From: Octopus vulgaris
Lineage: Eukaryota
Reading direction: 5' to 3'
Length of the DNA stretch: 64,000 bases
NCBI GenBank assembly: GCA_951406725.2
Contig: OX597826.1
Span: 28,458,001-28,522,000, forward strand
Below are positions 1-12,652 of the stretch, piece after piece; the stretch's first letter is position 1, and each line of letters opens with the position of its first letter. Both the position numbers and the translations under genes were made by a program. The notes beneath the pieces are model-generated. The model did no database searches, had not been told where the DNA came from, and was given only the letters and a program-made list of their open reading frames with translations.

Positions 1-215
1 TTGTGTTCCCATCACCACATGACAGCCAGTGTTGGTTTGTGTATGTCCCCATAACTTAGTGGTTCAGCAATAGAGAGTGACAGAATAAGTACCAGGCTTA
101 CAAAAAAAAAAAATAAATAAAAGATAAACAGTGTGGGGGGAGAGGGGTTGATCCATTCTTTAAGGCAGTGCTCCAGCATGGCCACAGCCTAAATGACTGA
201 AACAAGACAAAAGAT
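1..215 (+). mobile_element. SINE family A (tRNA/CORE-like head, internal microsatellite), 3' half, CpG-decayed
   Basis: Matches the 3' half of the other copies in the window (gtcccc-taacttag-ggttc...gaataagtac...gtgctccagcatggcc-cag...tgactgaaacaag); CpGs converted to TpG/CpA. Confidence 0.8.
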
Positions 216-414
216 GACCGAAATGAAATTATCAAAATGCATGAGGAAAACAAGACCGAAACACATAAAATATTGCCCTCCACAATTATTTTCCCCATTA
301 AATTCCAACGTAATCATCACCAACATCATCTGAAAGGGATCTCTAGATTTTGTTGAAAAATAAACTCACTTTCCTGAAAGTTATGAGGAAAGAATATCGG
401 GGGAAGGGGCAGAG

Positions 415-715
415 AGGAGAACGCTACATCTCTGTAGTTGTGCCCAATTGATGAGATCACATGACTGGCCAGGCTATCAGATGTTGTCGCATATTGCTGG
501 TCACAATGCGTTTTTGCTCATTGTTTTAGCCTTCAAATGATGCCACCCCGCTGGCTAGGTGAGCAGGCCAGCATCCCCCCCCCCCACCATTGATCGAACA
601 GGGGACTGGAGCAACATGAAATGAAGGGTTTTGCTCAAGAACACAATGCACTGCCCATTCAGGGAATTGAACCCCCAGTCTAGCGATCCCAGACTAACCA
701 GTAGGCTATGTGCCT
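415..715 (-). mobile_element. SINE family C (tRNA head + CORE-like domain), diverged
   Basis: gactggagcaacatgaaatgaag...ttgctcaagaacacaa...ggaattgaac shared with the copies at 2.6-2.9, 10.3-10.5, 36.1-36.4 and 53.6-53.9 kb. Confidence 0.65.
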
Positions 716-1785
716 AGTACTAGGCTGTCCAACTGATGTAAGTAAACTAAAAGCAAATTTTCTTATTCAACTTTATATTTCTTCAACACCACCCAATGAA
801 TATGAAAGGATACTAGGATCAACATAATTTGGTTGATGCTGGATAAAGATTATAATTTGTGGAAAGCAGCATTACAAATATTTGGACAACTTTTATAATT
901 TCTAGAACTATAAACAAACGCTAAACTACCTCACAGTAAAGTGAAGAGTTGCAGTGATCAAGATTCATGTCTTTAAAATATTCAGTATTAAAAGAAGCTA
1001 CTACAAAACTGCATTTTGATAAAAATATATCAAAACAGGGATTGATAAAAATATTCCACACAGTTTAGTCATTAATAATTGCTTCCTTTTTAGTAAAAGT
1101 AACACAAATCTATCTAAATAAGCAGTTTTTCCAATAATATATACATAAACATGCATCTATGTATATATGTAAAGGTACATGTATATATATGTAATTTGTG
1201 AGTATAGAAAAACAGACACACACGAGCATATGTGTGTGTATAGATAAATCTAAGTAACAAGCGATGCCTTCATTCATAACCTGATCAATTATCAATAGAC
1301 CCCCCCAAAAAAAAAGGGGGGGGGTGTAAAAGGAAAAAATAATTCCTATCAAATCAAACCAAACAGAGAACACCAAAAGAAAAGCAAGAAGCAAGTCTGA
1401 TTGAAACTTGCCAAAAATAATAAAACCAATAAAACTAATAAATAAACAAATGAATGAATATATAGATAATTAAAAAATTACAAACGAGATAAATAAATAA
1501 AAAAAATAACAAAGAAAAGCCAAACAATGATTATAATTGCCTAAAAACACATCAATTATAATTATGAACTAATTGACTTAGTGTCAAATGTTGATTTTGG
1601 ACACACACACACATATTTATGAAAAACAACAATAACAACAGGTGCTCTAATTATCTCAGGAACCTATAGAAAGTATTGTTACTTATTAAGGTGAAACATC
1701 TTCAAGAATTGTAACACAAAAACATACAGTAGTTTGAATATTTGGATATGTATGTGTGTTTGTGTGTGTGAGTGTTTGCATCCAT

Positions 1786-1841
1786 CTATATATATATATA
1801 TCCACATATACACGGATATATATACATATCTCCACACATAC

Positions 1842-1890
<49 letters not shown>

Positions 1891-2010
1891 CACACATACA
1901 CGGATATATATATACATATCTCCACGCATACACAGATATATATATATATATATATATATACATACATACACAGACACATATCACACATACATATGCATAC
2001 ACACACACAC
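1786..2010. repeat. Compound (TA)n minisatellite with unit tccacacatacacggatatata...
   Basis: Four copies of TCCAC(A/G)(C/T)ATACAC(G/A)GATATA separated by (TA)n tracts of variable length. Confidence 0.9.
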
Positions 2011-2559
2011 GGCAATGAATGGCAATAAAAAATCAATTATTGGTAGATAAAAGATATTTTCTCATTGTTAGAAATATATTTTTAATGATTTATATAGAAT
2101 TACATTCAAATTAAATAATATGAAACTAAAAATTTAAGTGTATAGACACACACACACACATATACAAATGTGTGTGTATGTGTATGTACACACATATAGA
2201 CATGTACAGTAATTTATCTACTTGCTAGAAATGGCAACCAAAACACCCTACTTACTGATTTAAACTAAGGAGATACTGGACAATGACATATAATAAATAA
2301 AATGAGTAGGCTGTATCTGAAAAGGCTTTATTCATTAATCAGCTCATTCAAAGGTACAAGGCAGTAAACAGCACACACACACACACACACACGTGTGGGA
2401 AGAAATTTGCTTCCCAACCAGATGGGTTTGGGTTCAGTTCCAATGCATGGCACCTTGGGCAAGTGTTTTCTATTATAGCCCTGGGCCAAACAAAACCTTG
2501 TGAGTGGATTTTGTAGAATAGAACTGAAGGAAGTCCATTATATATGTGTATAAAAGGGT

Positions 2560-2897
2560 AAAGACCTTCTTCAGTCATGAACGACCATGGGATTGCACCT
2601 AGAAAGTTCCCCGCCAAGGCACAAGTCCAGGCAAGGTTGTTTATGGAAGACCAGTAGTCATCCATGCATACCAGCCTCGTCTCTCCATACCACTGATGTC
2701 GTCCAAGAGAAAAGAAAAGAGGCCGATACATCTTGGCACCAGTGACATCACAACTCATCTCTACAGCGGAGTGAATTTGAACAACATGAAATAAAATGTC
2801 TTGCTCAAGAACACAACACATGGCCCAGTCCGGGAGTCGAACTCACTATCTCATGATTGTGAGCCTGATGCTCTAACCACTGAGCCATGCACCTTCA
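2560..2897 (-). mobile_element. SINE family C inserted after a family-A 5' half (2392-2540)
   Basis: Minus strand reads gtgaaggtgcatggctcagtggttagagc (A box)...gagttcgactccc (B box)...gtgttgtgttcttgagcaagaca (CORE-like); the body matches 36140-36420. Confidence 0.8.
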
Positions 2898-3195
2898 CGT
2901 ATACATAAGTATGTGTGTGTGTGTGTGTGTGTGTAACAAGTGCATGCAAACGTTTTTGTCTCTTTGTCTTGACATCACATGAGAGTTGTAAATGAAAGTC
3001 ACTGTCATACAAGCAGTGTCATACAAGCAGTGTCATCCGATTCCACTCTTCTGCGGGAAAGGATGTCTGGCCGTGAGTAAATATCACCATGCTTTGGGAA
3101 GGAAACAGGCGAGGGTGGGGGTGAGGAAGGGCATCCAGCTGTAGAGAATGTGCCTCAACAAATTCTGCTTAACCCATGCAGTGGAACGTTAAATA

Positions 3196-3310
3196 GTGAT
3201 GATGATGATGACGATGGTGACAATGGTAATGATGATGATGATGATGATAACTATGATGATGGTGATAACAATCATGATGATAACGACGACCATGATGATG
3301 ATGATGATAC
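3196..3310. repeat. (GAT)n/(GAC)n microsatellite at the tail of a V-domain SINE fragment
   Basis: Preceded by ggaagggcatccagctgtaga...acccatgca...acgttaaa; explains the poly-Asp ORF 3150-3434. Confidence 0.85.
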
Positions 3311-3832
3311 ACATTCACACACACACATGTTCACAAATACATGTATAAATTCACATACACACACACACGTGATAAAGAAGAACTATAATACAAGCTTCCA
3401 AAATACATGTCTGAAACTAATTAAACTGAAATAAATTAAATCTTCAATTATAATCTGTCTTAATTTATTTTATTTTATTTCGTGTTTTTCTTTTATTCAA
3501 TTTATATTTTCCCCTAAAATATAATTAACTTCTCAACATTGTGTTTTGTTACAAATGCGTGTGTGTGTGTGTGTTGCATAGATGAATATGAATGTGTTTG
3601 TATGTGGGTGTGTATTGTGTATGCATATGTAAGAATGTTATTTGCTTATTACCCCAGGGTCACCCACAGCTGAATAGTCCTAAGGTCAAAAGCACTCCAG
3701 CCATGGTCAACTTATCTATTTAGGAGATATCCTGGGGTACATTATCCCAACAGTGTAGAAAAAAAGACACTGAGAGAGGGAGATTTGACTGCTATTTCTA
3801 ACATCTAATGCAACCACACACAGGCTCTTGTA

Positions 3833-4010
3833 CTGTAAAAATATGTGTATAAAGAACCCTCCTGTAAATGGAATCCCCTAATTTTGGGGGCTTCAAATTT
3901 GGAAAAAGGTTTTGTAAGGGATTATAATCCTATCCATGTATAAGAAACTCCCATATTTTTTAAACCTAATTTTTGACAAAAAAGGGTTCTTTATACACAC
4001 TAGAATACAG
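3833..4010. mobile_element. pogo/Tigger-like MITE
   Basis: TIRs ctgtaaaaatatgtgtataaagaaccct / agggttctttatacacactagaatacag, flanked by TA on both sides. Confidence 0.7.
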
Positions 4011-4289
4011 TATGTATGTGTTTGTGTGTACGTGTAACAAGAGAGCCTGTATGTAGTAGTTCTATCTGTTAGAAATAGCAGCCAAAACTGACTCAAAACA
4101 CAAGCTACCATTTCAAAGCAACAAAGCACAAATTGCATTATAATCCAATCTAGAGTACACCATACTAAGAAAAAAATATAAAGAAGCAATGGTCACATTT
4201 GGAATGCCTTCAATTGCACGTCTGCTCCACTAGTGCTGACCTAGGGTCATATAACAACAAACCCTTCTTCACTCAGCACAACATAAAAC

Positions 4290-4645
4290 CTAAGATGGGG
4301 AAGTTTAACTGCAAGTCTGAAGTCTTACAAAGAATTGGACAATCTGGTGCAGCCGTGGACACACTGGACAAGGTTGTTTGTGCTGACAATATCTGAGCAA
4401 GAAGGTGGCAGCAAGCTGGTGGAATCATTAGCATGCTGAGCAAAATGCTTAGCGGTATTTTGTCTGTCTGAGTTCAAATTCTGCCAAGGTTGATTTTGCC
4501 TTTCATCCTTTCAGTGTCAATAGATTAAGTACCAGTTGTGCACTGGGGTCGATCTAACCAACTGGTCCCTTCCCCAAAAATTTCAGGCCTTGTGCCTAGA
4601 GTAGAAGAGTATCTGAGCAAGAAGAAAAAGGTTTCAAGTCAATGT
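4290..4645 (+). pseudogene. Degraded RTE-clade LINE fragment interrupted by a SINE
   Basis: Translation EVLQRIGQSGAAVDTLDKVV resembles the post-RT RRIG-A-AM-L-K-W motif of RTE ORFs; continues after the SINE insertion. Confidence 0.45.
4405..4609 (+). mobile_element. Meta-domain SINE (family B), full length with 15-bp TSD
   Basis: gcaagctggtggaatc...gagttcaaatt (B box)...gcctttcatcctttc..gtcaataga.taagtaccag (Meta domain); TSD tatctgagcaagaag at 4390-4404 and 4610-4624. Confidence 0.9.
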
Positions 4646-5049
4646 ATAGTGCAGCAGGGTTTGGGATGATAGTGATAATGTTTGACTGTTTACACTACAT
4701 GTTTATTTGCATATCAGAAAATGGGGTAAACCATTTACATATCAGAATGTGTGCTATAGCCCTACATGGGAATGAAAAATGTGGGGATTGAACCCTCGTT
4801 GTTTGGTTCACTATTTACTTATAATACTCATTCAGAGCATATACACATTCAGACATCACAACAGCAGCAACAACAACAATAATGACCACCGCTAAGCTCA
4901 CTATATATATATAAATGAGGTCACAATAAAACACAATAGTTTTGTAATCAAATTTCCACTGAAATACAATGACTTTTGTTTCAATTAATTTAGAAAATTA
5001 ACAAAGAATTTAGTAAAATAACTTCATTATATTATTAAGCTCGGTGTTA

Positions 5050-5265
5050 AGGTGGCAAGCTGGCAGAATCATTAACACACTGGGCAAAAATGCTTAGGAG
5101 CATTTCGTCCATTTTTACATTCTGATTTTAAATTCCACTGAGGTCGACTTTGTCTTTCATTGTTTCAGGGTCGATGAAACAAACACCAGTTGAGCACTGG
5201 GGTCAATGTAATCGACTCCCTGATTATCCCCCAAATTTTAGGCCTTGTGCCTATAGCAGAAAGGG
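5050..5265 (+). mobile_element. Meta-domain SINE (family B) with TSD
   Basis: Same consensus; imperfect TSD attattaagct(c/t)gg(t/c)g at 5031 and 5266. Confidence 0.85.
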
Positions 5266-6009
5266 ATTATTAAGCTTGGCGCTTGGAACATAAGTTACCA
5301 TGAAATTTTGATGGAAGGTTTTTAATTTGGAACATTAAGAGACAGGGAGATTGCCCCTGTTCTACAGAACCAAGAGCCAGTCTTTGGTTAGTCACAGAAC
5401 ACATAGACTTATAGAATCATACAATATTTAACCTTTTTTTGTTACCATATTCTTATTGAAATGCATGCTTTGTTTCAATATATTTTGACGACAATGAAGA
5501 ATTTAAGTAAAATAACTTTGCCATTATTAAGATGGTGTTTAGATAATTTTAAAACAGGATGTTTGAATCAGGTTTAGTCTCACACAGGTTGGCAACAAAA
5601 TATGTATGGTGGATTCTCAATACCTGGGGGAGTGATAGGAGTGTCATTATTGATGCAGGAATTACCATAAAAAGAGCCACCCCTCTCTTCAGGTCTAGAA
5701 ACAGAGAGAGAGGAGAGAGAGAGATAGACAGACAAACAGAGAAGAGAGAAAAGAATTGATTTTATTTAGTATATGAATGATCTTAGTTTATCCTTCGTTT
5801 CAACAATGACCAAGGACGTCACATGGGAGAAGAAGATGGGGCAAGGGGTGTCAGGCTGTGACTGATCGGTTTGATGCATGCTCGGAATGCTTTGCTGCAA
5901 GGTGTGCCCTGGTGGTCAGCTGGGACTGAAGGAAAGAGCTTGGCTCTGGACTTGGGCAGTCTGCATTTTATTTGTACCCCCTTGACAATTAAAGGATACA
6001 AATATATAC

Positions 6010-6075
6010 AGATAGATTGATAGATAGATAGATAGATAGACAAACAGACAGCTAGACAGAGAGAGAAAGATACAC

Positions 6076-6129
<54 letters not shown>

Positions 6130-6245
6130 GTAAATAGATAGACAAATAGACAGACAGACAGATAGATAGACAACTAGATAGATAGAGACAGATATAGATA
6201 GATAGAAAGATAGACCGAAAGAGATAGATAGACAGACAGACAAAT
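6010..6245. repeat. (GATA)n/(GACA)n microsatellite
   Basis: Seen directly; source of the YLSI-repeat ORFs. Confidence 0.95.
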
Positions 6246-6405
6246 AGGAAGGTCAATAAATAGACAGATGGACTTATTAGGCAAAACAGGTAGGTAGAAC
6301 GAGTGGGGAGAGATAAATAGAGAAATAAAAAGGTAAGATAAATGTAAACATGAGAAATCCAGGAAACCATAACATATGTGAGCACATGGATAGAAATGTG
6401 TGTGA

Positions 6406-6445
<40 letters not shown>

Positions 6446-7147
6446 ATAGTGTGTGTGTTTATGTCATGCATAAATGTATGTATGTATGTATATATATAAA
6501 ATTGACAGTGTGTGTGTGTGTGTGTAATTGAATACACATGTGAATGTAAGTGTATACATAACTGGAATTTTAAGGTGAACAAGAGCATATTTTGATTAAG
6601 TGTATAAATATTTATAGAAAATGTGGGTGTATATGCATGTGTATATGGTGAACAAGTGTGTTTTGGTTGAAGTGTGTCTAAATGTGTCAATGCATTTAAT
6701 TATATATATGTGTGTGTTTGTGTGTGAGTGTGTCTGTATCTGTGTGTGGGTATGTAAGGGCTGATATGTGAAGTGTATTTATACCAAGTAAGTGTGTGTA
6801 AGCATAAGGTATTTAAACTATACATGTATATATATATATATACATATATATATAAAAGGAACAAAAATGCAACTGAGGACATTAAAATATTCGGACAGAT
6901 AGAAGATACAAAGATGGATAACAAAAACAACAATTAGAAGGACAGGCAAAAGAAAGACGGGTCATTCGTGGCTTTCTTTCCTCAGTCAAGTTCCAGAAGT
7001 CACAACCATTTCGGGCAGTTACACTTGAGATGGTTTGATCTGGTTGCCCCCAAAAAGTCAAAGCTAAGAGCATTAGACCCCTTTGTAAGAAAGCTAGCAA
7101 ATGTGTACAGCAACAAAGACAAAAGAAAAAAAACCCCTGAGAACATG

Positions 7148-7180
<33 letters not shown>

Positions 7181-7307
7181 TGTAGGGGACCAAAGACTCC
7201 TGGCCATTTGCTGTATTTGAAAAGACATGTCAAGCTAAATAAAAGCATGCTTGCCCTTGCATACAGGCTCATTCCTTGCAACCCTCTCCAGCTGAGTGTC
7301 TCTAATC

Positions 7308-7540
7308 ATATTTCTTTATTGCCCACAAGGGGCTACACACAGAGGAGACAAACAAGGACAGACAAAGGGATTAAGTCGATTAGATCGACTCCAGTGCACA
7401 ACTGGTACTTAATTTAACGACCCCGAAAGGATGAAAGGCAAAGTTGACCTCGGCGGAATTTGGATTCAGAACGTAGAGGCAGATGAAATACCACTAAGCA
7501 TTTCACCTGGCAGGTTAACGTTTCTGCCAGCTCACCACCT
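7308..7540 (-). mobile_element. Meta-domain SINE, alternative 3' tail (gccccttgtgggcaataaagaaata)
   Basis: Near-identical organisation to 33523-33740. Confidence 0.85.
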
Positions 7541-7554
7541 TTCTTGTGGGCTCA

Positions 7555-7770
7555 GAGGTGCTGGTGCCATGGAAAAAGCACCTAAGGTAGTACCACATAA
7601 AAAGTACCCAGTACACTCTATAAAATGGTTGGCATTAGGAAGGGCATCCAGCCATAGAAACCATGCCAAAACTGACATGAAGCCTGAACAGCCCTTTGAC
7701 TGGTCAGCCCCTGTCAAACCGATCAACCCATGCCAGCATGGAAAACAGACATATGATGATGATGATGCAA
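7555..7770 (+). mobile_element. V-domain SINE 3' part with (GAT)n tail
   Basis: gttggcattaggaagggcatccagccatagaaacc (V-like domain)...aacccatgccagcatggaaa..gacatatgatgatgat. Confidence 0.7.
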
Positions 7771-7905
7771 GTGTGGATGTGTGGTAAGAAGCTTGCTTCC
7801 CAACCACATGGTTCCAGGTTCAGTCCCACTGCACGTTTTATACTAGAGCCTTGCACCGACAAAAGCCTTGTGAGTGGATTTTGGTAGACAGAAACCGAAA
7901 ACAGC

Positions 7906-7952
<47 letters not shown>

Positions 7953-8052
7953 GTGTATGTATGCATGCATACATACATACATACATATATGAGTTGGCAT
8001 GATACATCGTTAGCCACTACACACATTTTTTTCTCTCGTTTTTTCTGTGTCC

Positions 8053-8089
8053 CTTTCTGTAGAAGAGCGTAGGCTACAAACGTAAAAAG
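8053..8089 (+). ncRNA. Degenerate minimal hammerhead-like motif (CUGUAGA core) in a Penelope-like repeat
   Basis: cttt-CTGTAGA-a-gagcgtaggcta-caaa-cgta-aaaag; second copy of the repeat at 24990-25190. Confidence 0.35.
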
Positions 8090-8145
8090 ACTTTTTCTAT
8101 TCCTGAGCGTTATACTAATACATCGTCTTTTGTTTTATATATATA

Positions 8146-8656
8146 CTAGCAGTATCGCCCGGCGTTGCTCGGGTTTGTAAGGGAAATAACTATATAAGCA
8201 TTTTTAGAGAGTTACTTCCCTTATAGATGCCAATTCGGGCTTTCTTAGCCATTTCTGTTTTGGTGTCTTCAAGCCATGAAGTCGTTGTTCTAAAAGAACG
8301 CTGGTCTCCTTGACAACGCATTACGACGTTGATTTTCTTACACTCCCTTCCCCACAGCTTCACGAGGGAGGGAAGAAGCGGGAGAAGCAAACAGGTACAG
8401 GTGTGACCATGGACGCCAACTCCGCCGCCATCGACACGAAAAATTATGCATTAAAATGGAATAAAAAATGATGTTAAATTATTTTTAAAATCGTAGACTC
8501 ATTGTTGACGTGCGCTAATAGCCAGACGGGCTCGATATTAATCACGACTATAAGATACCCGAATTTGGTTAAACTGCACCGCAAAATGTGGGAGGAGTTA
8601 GGAAACTAAATCGAAGGGGACAGACACTCACACAACTAGAGTTTTATATATATAGA
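8146..8656 (-). mobile_element. Non-autonomous Helitron
   Basis: Minus strand starts TC(tatatatataaaac), ends with GC hairpin cccgagcaacgccggg (8158-8173) and CTAG; inserted between A and T, no TSD. Confidence 0.85.
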
Positions 8657-9254
8657 TATATATTTCTGTGTGTGTGTGTGTGTTTGTCCCCGCACCATCA
8701 CTTGACAACTGATGCTGGTGTGTTGCTGTTCGGCAAAAGAGACCAATAGAATAAGTACTAGGCTTACAAAGAATAAGTCCTGGTGTTGATTTGTTCGACT
8801 AAAAGGCAGTACTCCAGCATGGCCGCAGTCAAATGACTTAAACAAATGAAAGAATATACATATGATGATGATATATATATATATATATGCGCCAAGTATA
8901 AGGATCTGTATGTATATGCGTATTAATCTCAAGAGAGTGTATATGTATGTGATGTGAAAGCATGAATATATATTATGCATGTATGTTTATCAAGCAATGT
9001 ATGTGTATTTCTGAAATGATGTGTGAATGTAAGCATACTCATTTGTCAGAGTGTGTAACTTGATGTACAAGTATGAGAATGCGTGTGTTCGAACATTCAT
9101 GCGTTTGAGTGCCTGCGTGTATATGGATGTGTGAAGTGATGCACTTGTGTTAATGCATACAGCTGAATGTGTACGTGTTTGTGTGTGTGTGTGTAGAAAT
9201 GTATATTGCTTTAATGTGTGTATATGTGTGAGATTATAGACAATATTGAAATAT

Positions 9255-9285
<31 letters not shown>

Positions 9286-9474
9286 GGCTGAAATAGAACT
9301 GTGTGTGTAGCTGGTGGTTATAAAGAAGAAAGCTGAGTGGCTGTGAGTGTGTATGCATGTATGTGTGTCAGTGTGTGTGTGTGTGCAATGCCCTTGTGAT
9401 AGCGGAATATCAATTTAGTTAAGACAGAGAAGGAGAGAAAGATAGAAAGAATGAACGAGAGAGCAAGAGAGAGA

Positions 9475-9509
<35 letters not shown>

Positions 9510-9739
9510 CGTGTATGTGTATGTGTGTGTGTGAGCAGGATAGTTGAAAGACAGCAAGTAACTGAAAGGAAAGAGAAGGAGAGAGAGGGAGGGAGGGAGA
9601 GGGAGAAGGGGAAGAGGTGTCAGTTTTAGCTGGTCAAGAAGGAAAATGAAAACTGACCACAGCAGAGTGTTACCATGGAGATTGAAGAATTGACCAGCAA
9701 AGTGTCCATTCTAGAGGTTGGCATGTATTGAATATAGAT

Positions 9740-9793
<54 letters not shown>

Positions 9794-10244
9794 AGGGAGA
9801 GAGTGATGCTGCCAATTCTAAACAGAAAATGGTAGAGAAACTGGCTATTAATGCTGGTGTGGCATCAGGTCTCACGCAGCATCTGCTAGGATATATATAT
9901 ATATATATACATACACACACACATATATATATATATACACACACATATATACACATACACACATGCGATAAATAAATATATTTGCAAATATATATATATA
10001 CATACATACATACGCATAGACACACACACAGACATATGTAGAGGATTATCATTTTCATATATGTTGTATACAACCATTCACCAAAGTATCTATACACCTA
10101 CATTCTTCTTATATACATACAGACATATATATATATATGTCTTATACATTTGTATATGAATGCTTTCTTTATATATACATGTTCTTCTATGCATTTCTGT
10201 ATATTTGCATATCTATCTATCTATCTATCTATCTGGTTACATCA

Positions 10245-10552
10245 TCATGGACTCTCTCGTCGTTAGATGATGTATGAAGGTGTGGTAACTTCTTGCCGCC
10301 GAACAACCACGCAGACAATTTGCTTATAGTGGTGAAGTGTTCGTGTACACATAAGCTCACTCCCCTCCATCAAATCGACATTACCTGAACAGGTGTGCAC
10401 CGAGTGCCATATATCAGATGATGAACTGATCGCAGAGCGACGTGAAATGAAGTGCTCTGCTCAAGAACGCAATGCAACACGTGCTCTGGAAATCGAGACC
10501 ATGATCCCGCAATCGTGAGTGCAACACCCTGACCACTAAACCATGCACCTTC
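10245..10552 (-). mobile_element. SINE family C variant
   Basis: Minus strand aaggtgcatggtttagtggtcagggtg...gcgttcttgagcagagcacttcatttcacgtcgctc; different 3' body. Confidence 0.7.
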
Positions 10553-10555
10553 CCA

Positions 10556-10808
10556 TGTGTGTGTGCGCATGTGTATATATATACACACACACATATATAT
10601 ATATACATACACACACATATATATATACATACACACACACACATATATATATACATACACACACACACACATATATATATATACATACACACACACATAT
10701 ATATATACATACACACACACATATATATATACATACACACACACATATATATATACATACACACACACATATATATACATATACACACACACATATATAT
10801 ATATACAT

Positions 10809-10849
<41 letters not shown>

Positions 10850-11122
10850 TATATATGCATACATATATATATATATATACACACACACATACACATATCT
10901 ATACACACACATATACATATATATATATATATACACACACATACACATATCTATACACACACATATACATATATATATATACACATATCTACACACATAT
11001 GTATCTATACACGTATACACACATACATATACATATACACACACATGTATACACACACATATATACATGTGTACACACACACATATATATACACACACAG
11101 ACACACATATACACATATATAT
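10556..11122. repeat. Long compound (TA)n(CA)n microsatellite/minisatellite (about 24-bp units)
   Basis: Repeating atatatatatacatacacacacac units. Confidence 0.95.
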
Positions 11123-11124
11123 TT

Positions 11125-11710
11125 TTATTCTTTTATTCTTTTACTTGTTTCAGTCATCTGACTGTAGCCATGCTGGAGCACCACCTTTAGTCAAACAAAT
11201 CGACCCCAGGACGTATTCTTTGTAAGCCTAGTACTTATTCTATCGGTCTCTTATGCCGAACCGCTAAGTTACGGGGACGTAAACACACCAGCATTGGTTT
11301 GTCAAGCAATGTTTGGGGTACAAACACAGACGCAAACATATTCACACACACACACACACACACATGTGTGTGTGTGTGTGTTTATATATGTATATATATA
11401 TATATTCACAGAATCATGTGGCAATCATAGTAGGCTCCTCTATAAGACCCGGCTAGCAGACAACATAATAATCCAACAGAGAGAAGAATAATGCAGAGTT
11501 CCATGAAGTTGAAATCTAGGAGACCTAATCGATGAGATTATTTCATAAGCTAATTATGAAAATGAAGACCGTCTGCCAAATCCATTTACCATAGCAGGTT
11601 TTGTTCGGCCTGAGGCGACAGCAGAAGAAAATTGCCCAAGGTGCCATACAGCAGGACTGAACCCAGGATAATGTAATTGGGAAGTAAACTTCTTACCACA
11701 CAGCCAAGCA
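11125..11710 (-). mobile_element. SINE family A (3' half 11125-11340, 5' half about 11565-11710)
   Basis: Reverse complement of the family A consensus. Confidence 0.75.
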
Positions 11711-12049
11711 TGTCTAAATGTATATGCATCTAATCATCCTTCTTCCTAAGTCTGTGCTTTTACCTGCTGGCATGTGTTGTCTCAGACATAATGAAGCCCT
11801 ATTCTAGTGATGGATACCCTTATGGGTGTCACTCCTTATTTTTCAGTTGAGGTATATATATTTGTCAACAGGTCTTCTTTCTAATGTAGAGACTAATAAA
11901 AATACCATGCTACAGGCCAGGTCGCTTCCGTGAAAGACAGAAGGAACCTGACACCCCACCTCACCCCTGGTCAAATTGTATGAATATGAAAAAATGGGAA
12001 GATATGCATTCTGTCTCTCTCTCCCTCTCTCTCACACACACACCTTTCT

Positions 12050-12652
12050 TTCACCTGTTTTAATCATCAGACTGTGATCTTGCTGGGACACTGTCTTGGA
12101 GAATTTTCTAGTGGAATAAATCAACTCAAGTAGATATTCTATTGGTCTCTTTTGCCAAACTGCTAAGTTGCAAGAATGTAAACACACCAACATTGCCAGT
12201 GTGTAGAGGACATACACGGACACAAACATACACACACACACGTGTGTATATATAAATATATATACATACACGACAGGCTTCTTTTCATTTCTGCCTACCA
12301 AATCCTTTCTTCTATTGACACAAGGCCTGAAACTTGGGGGAAGGAGATGAGTCAATTAGACTGACGCCAGTATGTAACTGGTACTTAATTTATTGACCCT
12401 GAAAGAATGAAAGGCAAAAGTCAACCCCAGTGGCATTTGAACTCAGAATGTGAAGACAGATGAAATACCACTAAGCGTTTCGCCAGGGGTGTTAACGATT
12501 CCGCCAGCTCACCGCCTTTCCGTCTACCAAATCCACTCACAAGGCATTGGTCCACTTGAGGCTATAGTGAAAGACACTTGCTCAAGGTGCCCCACAGTGG
12601 GACTGAACCCAGAACTAAGTGGTTGGAAAGCAAACTTCTTACCACACAGCCA
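12050..12652 (-). mobile_element. SINE family A with nested Meta-SINE (12306-12516)
   Basis: 18-bp TSD tttc(t/c)g(c/t)ctaccaaatcc at 12288-12305 and 12517-12534. Confidence 0.85.

Larger units (their letters stand above)
7775..8855 (+). mobile_element. SINE family A split by insertions into its internal microsatellite
   Basis: 5' half at 7775-7912 and 3' half at 8665-8855, with a Penelope-like fragment and a Helitron between them. Confidence 0.8.

Noticed and set aside
6955-6995. Minus-strand CTGAGGA...GAA in a (TA)n-adjacent repeat
   Set aside because: Stems do not close convincingly; too degenerate to call.
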